DNA from: Lytechinus pictus
Lineage: Eukaryota
NCBI RefSeq assembly: GCF_037042905.1
Contig: NC_087251.1
Location: 1,302,001-1,366,000 of the forward strand
Direction: 5' to 3'
Length of the DNA: 64,000 nucleotides
Made by a program: the position numbers and the translations under genes. Shown one piece after another: positions 54,667-64,000 of this stretch (position 1 is the stretch's first letter; the number at the start of each line of letters is the position of its first letter). The notes beneath the pieces are model-generated. The model was given only the letters and a program-made list of their open reading frames with translations, made no database searches and had not been told where the DNA came from.

Positions 54667-54813
54667 GTAACATGTCAATAGAAGGTTTGATTCGTTATCT
54701 ACTAAGTGATGACAACCAAGTGGATGGTGTGGAATCTTATCTCATTGCTCAAGACATGGAACAACCTCTTTCACATTATTTCATCAAATCATCTCACAAC
54801 ACATACCTCACAG
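54667..54813 (+). CDS. PLCB: PLC-beta exon, start of catalytic X domain (...QDMEQPLSHYFIKSSHNTYLT)
   Basis: TTTCAG / GTAAAG; 147 nt, phase 1-1; catalytic His in SSHNTYL. Confidence 0.97.
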
Positions 54814-55571
54814 GTAAAGTATCCAATCTTATATCTTCTGAGGTGCTAGTAAATTTCAAAATCACATTCCTGTTTGTCTTGGTGATGTTTTGCAAAGGGT
54901 AGTATGACTCAAAGTCATGCTTACAGGCCAGTGAGCATGTGATATTTAAAACGTAACCTCACTGATGAATATGTGATAGTACACACCCCCTGAGGTATTT
55001 TTTTTTATGAATGCATGTTATAAGCTACTGAAATCCTTGCATCTGATTGGCTCAGAGCAATGTTGTAAGTGAAAATCGCCAACTACTTGTTTCATGAAAT
55101 GCTCCATTAAATCTTTGTATGCATGATATACCACTTACAATTCAGAATTGAATTAGGATTTTGAGTCACACATTATCTTTGTGAAACATCTCCCTATTTG
55201 ACACTGTGACACAGACCCTTTCCTGGGGCCTATATCACAACTGATTACTATCGAACACGTACTGTCAAAAAATCAAACACAAAATGATATTAACCAATCA
55301 AAACTTCCATTTATGACTTCTATTTAAATGCAGCTGTTCCTGCAATAGGTCTATGGACAGGGAAGAGTTCTCTGCTTTCATATAAATTCTTTATGAACAC
55401 TGAAGTTTTTGAAGACATACTTTGTTGTTTTTCCTCTGTTATTCTTCAATATCTGAATAAAAACAGTCAAGTTTGCCCCATTTAGCTTATTTCAACACAC
55501 AGTGCACCTTTTGTTGGAGTTCTTAATTTCAATCATTATAATAAACTCGGTTTGTTAGTATCCCAGCATAA

Positions 55572-56220
55572 GACTAATGTCACAACTCCAAAATTTAGCC
55601 TGCTCGACGACCAGGCGGCGAGTTTTTAGCCAATTTTGCCCGGTCACCGACTGACGGCCATCTGGGCACCACTGGTTTTTGGGGCATCGCTCGGTAGCCG
55701 CTCAAAGTTTAGCGCGGAGTTAAATTCTGACAGCGCCTGCTCACTTTTCACTCGCCGCCTGAAATACGCTCGGCGCCTGGTTGGTTGCCGTCTGGGCGCC
55801 GACGTAATCAAGCGGTTGCCGTCAAACGATTTAGGTCAAAAATTGAACTCATTGGATCAACGGCTGTCAAGTGGTCATCGGCCGGTCGCCGGCCGCTGGC
55901 CGGTCAGAGATCGGTCGATGATCTCGCGGCGAATTCAAGATCGGACGGGCGATTACCTAAAAATATGATGGTGGCTGATGGGGGACCGCCCGGGATTCGG
56001 TGGATCGACAGCCGATCACTCCTCGGACGCCAAACAGATAAGTTCCCGGATTTGATCCAGATTTGGCCTAGAGTAATGGGCACCGGGCACTATTCGACCA
56101 CCGCTAAGTATTTTTACAGCCCGCTCGACTTCTACAAAAGTCGTTTGGCAATTCCTAAATTCCAGCGGCGCCCAAGCAGGCTTTTAATTGGGTGGTCGCC
56201 GCTCTGAGTTGTGACTTAAC
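55572..56220. mobile_element. GC/CpG-rich Harbinger-like non-autonomous element
   Basis: TIR core GTCACAACTC / GAGTTGTGAC; TAA on both sides; abrupt GC rise with retained CpGs. Confidence 0.7.
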
Positions 56221-56512
56221 TAAGCCTAAAACAAATTACTATTTATAATATACTTTGATAGCAATGTCAACTACCATCAAACCCTTGATTAAGATGGGCT
56301 CTTTATAGGAAGGTTATTACTTTAGTTACTGTTGACAGCAGTATTGAATTTAATGTTCAGTTTTTGTGCAATGAGACTCAATTCATTCTTTCTTTCTTTC
56401 CTTCTTTCATTCATTTTTTTTTTTTGGGGGGGGGGGAGAATAGAAACAGAAAATACAGTATGAGAAATATTACTGTTACTGATTGCAATTTCTTTTATTT
56501 TGTTTTTGGCAG

Positions 56513-56673
56513 GTCATCAATTGACTGGGAAGTCTACAGTTGAGATTTATCGTCAGGTTTTGCTGTCTGGATGTAGATGTGTAGAGCTGGACTGTTGGGA
56601 TGGTAAGAGTGATACTGATCCAGAACCAGTCATTACCCATGGATACACTATGTGTACTGATGTACTCTTCAAG
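56513..56673 (+). CDS. PLCB: PLC-beta exon, X domain ([31 protein letters not shown]...[14 protein letters not shown])
   Basis: GCAG / GTAAAG; 161 nt, phase 1-0; [10 protein letters not shown] and second catalytic His. Confidence 0.98.
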
Positions 56674-56694
56674 GTAAAGTATGCCCACATCAGT

Positions 56695-56805
56695 AATGAT
56701 GTTGATGGAGATGGTGATGTTGATGGTAGTGGCTATGATGATAATGATGATGATGGCAGCAACGACGATGATGACAACGACAATGACGACGATGATGATG
56801 ATGAA
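56695..56805. repeat. Degenerate (GAT/GAC)n microsatellite
   Basis: Seen directly; intronic. Confidence 0.8.
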
Positions 56806-57044
56806 ATTTCTTCTCCTGGATCACTGATAAAATCTAGTTATCCTTTTATAGTGTCTTTCTGACCATGGATGTAGAAACTAGTGACTGAGCTTTTTAAAAT
56901 TACTGACAAAATTTCCCTGAAGCTATATCTGTGATTAGCCATTTCACATTCTCTAATGATATATTGGTCAGGACCATAAGTTCTTATTACTGACTAAAAC
57001 CATATGATATTTTTAGTATCTCTTTCATTGATGATTCTTTGCAG

Positions 57045-57124
57045 GATGTTATCGAAGCTATAAATGAAGCAGCATTCAAGACATCTGAGTATCCTGTAAT
57101 CCTGTCCTTTGAGAATCATTGCAA
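57045..57124 (+). CDS. PLCB: PLC-beta exon, X domain ([26 protein letters not shown])
   Basis: TTTGCAG / GTATGT; 80 nt, phase 0-2; [11 protein letters not shown] motif. Confidence 0.97.
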
Positions 57125-57349
57125 GTATGTCTCACTTTCTAAGATTGGACAACTAAAAATATGAGTTCATTTCTTAAGTTTTTTAGGGGGTTCATGGTTG
57201 CTGTTTCATAAGGCTGTTTGTCAAGTTGTGCATGACACTGTAGTTACTGAAATATGAAGTGCCTTGATTTTCATGACATTGTAAAAAAGAGTGATTGTGT
57301 GGACAAATATATTCATTTAGTAAGTGACAAAAGCACTATACAATGCAGT

Positions 57350-58135
57350 GTTAAATTCGATGGAACCAAATTTTAAAGTTATAACAGAAATAAGAAGAAA
57401 ATCAGTGAAGTTGATAAGTGAAGGTTTTGACAAAATCGGGCAAACAATAACACATTACGATTTTTAAAAAGTTGGAAAAAAGTGTGATTTATCATAAATT
57501 AGTCACAAGTACAATAGACGGCCTTTCATTGTAAAGCTTGTATTCTCTTCTTTCATCTGGTATGACTTAGTGATTCCTCATTCATTCATGAGTGAGTAAG
57601 AACAATTTGAAAAAAAGTATGCCAAACAGCCAAACAGTATCTTAGTTTTTTAAAGAAAATTGCATGTCCAAAAAGTTTAATACCTGCTCTTTAATTTGAT
57701 ATCTCAATCACCAAAAATGGTCAAGAAATAATAAGTTCTGTTTCTTTGAAATAGCAGTTTTATTTCCATAATTTTTTGCTAACTCGTTCATGAATGAGGA
57801 ATCATGGGAGTTATTACCAGGTGAAAGAGGAGACTCAATAATAGGTCATTTGACTATTGTGTTTGTGATTAGTTTATGATGAATCAATAATTCTCGGGTT
57901 ATTTTCTGGGACACATTGTTAACTGCATAAAAAATGGGAGGGTTTTCCCTACTATTTCTCAAATCAAATGTCCAAAATACCCATTTGAAATTTACTTAGT
58001 CTTAGTAATCTAATTTTTCGAGCAGCCATAGCTTTGTTATTCCTTGTTTGATTTATTTTCAATTCTCCCCATTCTGTTATTTATTATTTTCATTCTTTCA
58101 CATAAATCATTATGTTATCAGGGTTGAGTTCCCCT
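57350..58135. mobile_element. Degenerate Kolobok-like element
   Basis: Right end GGGTTGAGTTCCCCT|TTAA. Left part loosely resembles the 43483 element; left boundary uncertain. Confidence 0.4.
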
Positions 58136-59501
58136 TTAATAGGGAGAATATGAATCAACAGCAGCACATTTCAAATGAAACTAGTGTGATTTAAATGACC
58201 AAGAAACACTTTTGACTTACCATATACCAATCATGCTGAATTTCATACATGTATGGAAATTACAAAAAGTCTTATGGAACACCACCACATTAGCCTTGCA
58301 TTACGACAATGAATTACCGTAAATACCAAGTAAGGGGGGGGGGGGTCTGCATGAGATATACTGACATAATTTGCCTCATCATCATTCACCACATAGTAAA
58401 AACACAAAATATACATTTTTTGCTGGTATCAATATTCTTGACAACAGTAACACAAAAATCAGCCTAAAGTAAACTTAAAATTTCGCACAGAACAGAATGA
58501 ATAAAAACTAGGTAATGGCCAATGCTTCATAATAATTCAAATCCATATGAAAAGTGAAATCACAATGTTTCTAATAAGTTTATGTAGATAATACCCTTAA
58601 TATGATTTATGTCCTACCAGGATATGTGTACCACTCTGTTCAAAAGATTTATTTCTCCTTCAGTATTGAGTGTAATTAGAGTCTTTCATAACATCATTGA
58701 TAATAAACTTTGTTATGTACAGTTACTTTATGTTTACTCGTTAACAAGAGCCCTTGAGTCTAGTTAATAGTGCTAAAAGAGAACAAATGGAAATATGTAC
58801 AACAATTAGATGGACTCAACCCTTTTTTTTCACCGAGGCTTTTGCATAGTGTGTAGGTTTTTTTTTATCAGGAACAATCTATACCAAACTTTACAAAATC
58901 AATAATTGAAGGTATAAAATGTGCAGTCATGAGTTGAAATTCGATTTGATGAATAGCAAATGATATACTTCTCTGTTTTAATATTTGACTAAAAACCAGC
59001 CTTAAAAAATGGTTATGAAAATAATGGTATGAATTATTGGAATTATGCAAACAATGAAAGTAATTTTCACACAATTTAAGGTATTGTCCATCTTCAGTTG
59101 TGCGATCCATTGCTGAAAGATGTGCATTTACACATCTTCCAAATGCCTGCTTCTGATATGTAAGAAACCAAGCTGCATTGATTAAAACTCTTTTTGCAAT
59201 TGGTCTCTCTGTTGAGTTTATTTCAATATTGTGGAGAGATCTGTTGTCGAATTTATATATCTGGTTTAATATCATTTATTTGTGCTTTCCTCTCTCTATA
59301 TTTATCTGACAGTTACCATAGTAATGTTACTACTCGGCCAATCAAAATCAAGTGAATTTGTTAGATTTTACAACTGTATGGACGAAATATGTTGATGAAT
59401 TGTCCCCTGTAATTAGCTTTTATAAAAATTCTAGACATCTATGTTGTCATGTATGTATTTGCTTTGGTATTTATATTTGTATTTTTTTCTCTTGATAATA
59501 G

Positions 59502-59586
59502 CCAAAAGCAACAGGCTAAGATGGCTCATTATTGCAGAACAATCTTTGGAGATAAACTTTTGATTGATCCCCTCTCTGAGTATCCT
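59502..59586 (+). CDS. PLCB: PLC-beta exon, X domain ([29 protein letters not shown])
   Basis: TAG / GTAAGT; 85 nt, phase 2-0; KQQAKMA..C..IFGD.LL motif. Confidence 0.96.
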
Positions 59587-59984
59587 GTAAGTAAAACATT
59601 TTATGAAGCATTTTGTTTAATTACCACAGTCGAAATAAGCTACTCACATGATACGATTTTAGTTACCCTCCCCATCAGGTCTTAATTGAAATGAGTAACT
59701 AACTTGGTATTTAGCTGTATCTTTACAATTAGCTGAAATTAGATAGTGTTTCCGTTGAAGACGTAGCTAGAGTAATAACCAAATGTTAAAACAGGGTGGC
59801 TAAAATAAAGGTTATGTTGTGTAAATAAAGTGTTAAATGGTTACCCAACCCAAACTAGGTAAATCTTTGGGTGGTATGCAGAGGTACAATAGTATACTGA
59901 ATTTATAAGGTTTATATAAAAACAGATTATAGTTTATTTTATTATAACTATTACTACAGAAAACTGTTGTCCTCTTTATTCTCT

Positions 59985-60085
59985 GGGCATGATGGCTCTG
60001 TGGTATAGCACTTGCCTTGTTAAAGGGAGGCTGTGGGTTCTATGCCTCGCTGAGTCATACTCATTTATATATAAAAAATGGGCAT
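59985..60085 (+). mobile_element. Degenerate tRNA-derived SINE 5' fragment
   Basis: A-box-like TGGCTCTGTGG and B-box-like GGTTCTATGCC at tRNA spacing. Confidence 0.45.
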
Positions 60086-60338
60086 TATAGCAAAGTGTAG
60101 CAAAATTGTATGACGGTAACTATAGCATTACTTGCTATACAACATTCTGTTAAAGCAGTTTCACAAGCAGAGTAGCTATTCATACCATAGATAAATAGAA
60201 CTTTTATATATACATACATGTATATCATCATATTATTACTGTCATGGTAGTAGTGTAGATTATTAAAGATGATGATGATTTTCATCATTATAATTATAAT
60301 GATTTTTTCAACTTTTATTATTATCTTTTCTGAAATAG

Positions 60339-60441
60339 TTGGAAGCTGGGAAGCCACTACCTTGTCCAGCGGCCCTCAAGAATAAGATCTTAGTCAAGAA
60401 CAAGAAACGGAAGCACACAGATGCAAACAAGAAAAGAGCAG
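60339..60441 (+). CDS. PLCB: PLC-beta exon, end of X domain (LEAGKPLPCPAALKNKILVKNKKRKHTDANKKRA)
   Basis: TAG / GTAAGG; 103 nt, phase 0-1; LP.P..L..KILVKNKK motif. Confidence 0.96.
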
Positions 60442-62148
60442 GTAAGGTTCCAAGGGTTGCAGTGGATATACTCAAGTTGCCAACATTTCAATCTAAATGT
60501 TTTATTAGATAATCTGATGTGCCAAATTTTTATTAACCCAGTTGATGCAGTAGATAAACTGATGTTCCGTAGACTTCATGAACCGAAGGGTTGCATTACA
60601 TAACCTACAAGTATGTTGTGATAATATCATTATCCCTGTACTAGCAGTAGATAGCAAGATGCTCTTAAGGTATCATCGACCTAATAGTTGTAGATGATCT
60701 TATGTTTTCAAGGTATCATCAACCCAAAAGGTTTTACTATATTAGCCTGATGTTGCCACAACGTCATCAACCCAAGTGTTGCAGTAGGTAGTCTTGTGTT
60801 TCTATGATATCAACAACACAGTGTTGTAACATAAAATATTTGTACAATCCATCATCCCATCTTGAAAAGGACTGTTTGGTTAGTATTATACCATTGTAAA
60901 AGTCCTTCAAATCCAATCACATGGTGAAATATAAACTTCTTCTCCATTATCTGTACCACCTTGCAAACCTTTAAAAAATTTCATGAATTGCTGTAGATTA
61001 CCTTATCAACCAAATGGTTGCAGTAGCTATATCATCAAGCTAGGAGTTACATTAGGTAACCCTATGTAATAGCTAGACACATGTTTGTCAAGTAATAGCA
61101 AGCCTCTATCATGTATTGTCCATCTAATGGATTAGCAAGGTCTTGTAAACAGCAATAATATGCTCCTGTAGAAATTACTCCTAATGAAAACCTGCATGTT
61201 GACCCAACATAAATGTACCCTCAAACCAAATAACTTTCATTATTCTAATCCGTACCTCTATGGATTCAGATACATTTGTCTTTGGAATTAGAAAAAAAAG
61301 AAAAAAAAAGGTACAAATCATAAGATTAATATGACTGCCTTTAGCAATAAGTTCATATTCACATTAACCATGATTAATGATCATACTTGTAGGAGCATAT
61401 TTTGAAGAGCTTCCCTCAAGCCATACAGTCTCTGTGGACAGGGACATTAGTTGACTGATGGACACTCTTGAACAGCATTGAATATAAATGAAAGATTCAT
61501 GAGGTGAAAATTGATTCGCCCCAAGAGGAGTTGAATCTTCTTAGAAAGTGGATAGTTATCAACACATTCATGTCAAGTGGAATGATTCTTTAGCCACATA
61601 TCTGAGTGACATACTGGTTTTTACATTTATTTTGCACAAGATAAGAATATTGCATATCGTGAAGATGTCGCACAGAAGATACATAATGCATTGATAATTG
61701 GATGTCTTTTGTATTTGTCTATGACACTTGTCTTCTAAAAAAAGAGGAGGAAGCTGCAACCTTCAAATTTCAAATATCTACAATTAAATTATCTGATAAA
61801 TGCTTATAATCAAAAGATTCGATACTTCTCAAAACAGATGAATTCCCTGAGGAAAAAGTGTAGAATAGCTTTGGATTTCTAGAAATATATTATTTTAGCT
61901 GTTCTTTTGCAAGTGAAAAGTTAAGATATTTTGTTATGCCTCTGGCAATCCTTATAGTTACCTGTCCATCCATCCTCTGCCCTTCCTTTGAAAGCTTGAA
62001 ATCGTTTGATAGGTCAACTATTTACCTTGAAATGTTGTGCACAAAGTTCTCAACTTTTACCACTAATGCTAGAATTAGTGAGAAATAAAATCCAACTGAA
62101 ATTCTGTTATGATTGTTGTTATTGTAAACTTTGATTTTGACCACACAG

Positions 62149-62229
62149 GTGTGAGAAGATCAAAAGTACCAACTCAAACCACTTTGAATTCTCTGACTTC
62201 TATGCTAAGCATAGAGCTTTCAGTAGAAG
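62149..62229 (+). CDS. PLCB: Candidate X-Y linker cassette exon (GVRRSKVPTQTTLNSLTSMLSIELSVE)
   Basis: CACAG acceptor; 81 nt open in phase 1-1; weak donor AG|GTACTC; no homology support. Confidence 0.35.
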
Positions 62230-63226
62230 GTACTCTAAGTATACAGTGATGTACTGGGATATCTACTAATAATAATTCTGCTATTGGATCATCTTTTATA
62301 CCTGATGGAGCTTTATCAACATTTTAATCTATCATCTGTACATACATGTTTCCTTTCCTCTATATCCTTCTATTCATGTTGATGTTCTTGTATGGTGTGT
62401 ATGGATGAGGAAGAACAGATTACATGAAGTCAGCGTATTAAAGATCCTGTCTAGTGAAAATTTAAAATGAATGAACTTGATAACATAAAGGGATATAAAA
62501 CAACTTGGCTTTAGTATTGCATAACATATTGAAACCTAATTTTCAGTCCCTCTTCAAAATGGCTGTCAAACAGTTAGTTTTGCAAACTTGACAATGACAC
62601 AAATTGCAATGCCGATCTTGATATCAAAGACTGCGTTTGAGAGAGGTATTTTCCTATGATAGAAAATAAGGTTCTGTTTAAATAATATTGACCTATTATT
62701 CATATATTTTTTTACCACTTAGACATTGTCTTTAATAAGTGTTATTAATTTAGAGTCAGAAGGGCATCCTGTTTTTGTGATAGGAGTGACTTATGCCCTT
62801 TTGGCTCTTAAACTCACTTTGGGGAATGGTTATTTAATGCATTAGAAGCAAGCAGGGGTGGTAATGCTTGCTTTCTATTTGGGCTTTTGTTGATTGGTGA
62901 ATTTGCATGGATCGTGCATCAGAATATATCCCTTGCATATTTACTTATAATTTTGTGTCCCTTGTTATTATTAGATTGATACATACAGTAACTTGAATAC
63001 ATAATTTGGGGTTATGTGGTCTAAATAACAATGATGGTGGTATAGTAATGTTATAGCAAACATGAGCTAATAAACCATGGTTATTAACCATACTGCTTAA
63101 GCTGTCATACTATGCCATACTGTAATTATAACTCTTCCCACAAAAATACTTGTTGGATATTATTCTTTATATGAACAAATATCCTAGTGAAGGTTGATTT
63201 GATTGGCTGATGACTTTGATTGACAG

Positions 63227-63316
63227 GAAAGCGTCGATTTAGCTCCACCTCCTCTTTCACCAGTTCATTTGATGCAGAAGAATCAACGGAGACTCCGCCT
63301 TCAACGATGAGACGAG
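63227..63316 (+). CDS. PLCB: Probable X-Y linker exon (GKRRFSSTSSFTSSFDAEESTETPPSTMRR)
   Basis: GACAG / AG|GTAGAC; 90 nt open in phase 1-1; GC-richer than flanks; Ser/acidic content typical of the linker. Confidence 0.6.
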
Positions 63317-64000
63317 GTAGACTTCCATGTTATTTTCTATCTCACTGTCTTCACCCATTAAGAACATGGCATGTGTATGGAGCATCATGAAGAACATTCA
63401 AAGCATCACTATTGTCTTGCATCTATGACTCTGTCTTATATACAGTGCAACTGATTCTGATTAATCTTACTATGGAAAGCCATCTTACTATGGAAAATTC
63501 AGCATGTTTATATTTTGTTTACAAATGGAAAATGGTGTGGAATTATTCCATTGCTGGCTTTCCATAGTAGAGAATGATTTGAACCAAGCGAAACTCTATA
63601 TAAGATTGAGTTTATTTGGGGTTATGATGGGTTTATTGATGATATTGCTACATAGGGAATCTACAGTACATATACCTATGAAATTTGGTGTGAATCTTTT
63701 CACTGTTCCTTTTCAATAAGTGAACCTTTTACCACAATTCAAGCTTCAATCAGTAGAAGTTCACTTTTGAACTTTTTAAAAGTAACTTTTTATGATAATC
63801 AACGAAAATTGAGTTTTTGATAATAGTTTGAGAAAGTATTTTAAGCTGTTTAACCCCCCATGTAGCAATGTTCTGTTTTTTTTTTAAATACATGTCTGAG
63901 AGAATGCATAATTAACTTTTTTTTCTTTCTCCTTCAAAGGACATCTACAAGGAACACTATGATCTTCTGATAAAAAAATCTGATATTAATTACAGGCTGC

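Noticed and set aside
54776..54812. YFIKSSHNTYL versus usual YFINSSHNTYL as a sign of a dead enzyme
   Set aside because: That position varies among PLCs; both catalytic His residues and the ELD motif are intact.
55636..56207. 110- and 140-aa ORFs
   Set aside because: Inside a GC-rich MITE where stops are rare; no transposase motifs.
56674..56862. Asp-rich extension of the X-domain exon
   Set aside because: Lies past a canonical donor and is a (GAT)n microsatellite.
58868..59275. 135-aa minus-strand ORF as a nested gene
   Set aside because: No recognisable domain or coding-like composition.
61393..61454. Possible terminal exon (GAYFEELPSSHTVSVDRDIS-stop)
   Set aside because: Weak pyrimidine tract and no further support.

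Overview
AT-rich eukaryotic genomic DNA. The repeat landscape suggests a marine invertebrate, probably a sea urchin (inference). The whole window lies inside one large + strand phospholipase C-beta gene. Thirteen coding exons (4423-60441) splice in frame with GT-AG sites and encode most of the PH domain, the EF-hands and the full catalytic X domain. Candidate X-Y linker exons follow; the start codon and the Y, C2 and C-terminal exons lie outside the window. The introns hold a near full-length, frameshifted Rex1/Babar LINE nested in a MITE, many TIR MITEs, two Helentron-type HINE elements, tRNA-derived SINEs and a TU-like foldback element. The most notable signals are a minimal hammerhead ribozyme in a Penelope-like remnant (47108-47148, minus strand), two 23-27 bp hairpin micro-elements with CAWGGA ends and 7-bp direct repeats, strong TACATGTA enrichment, and candidate alternative PLC exons. 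Most ORFs in the supplied track are spurious.
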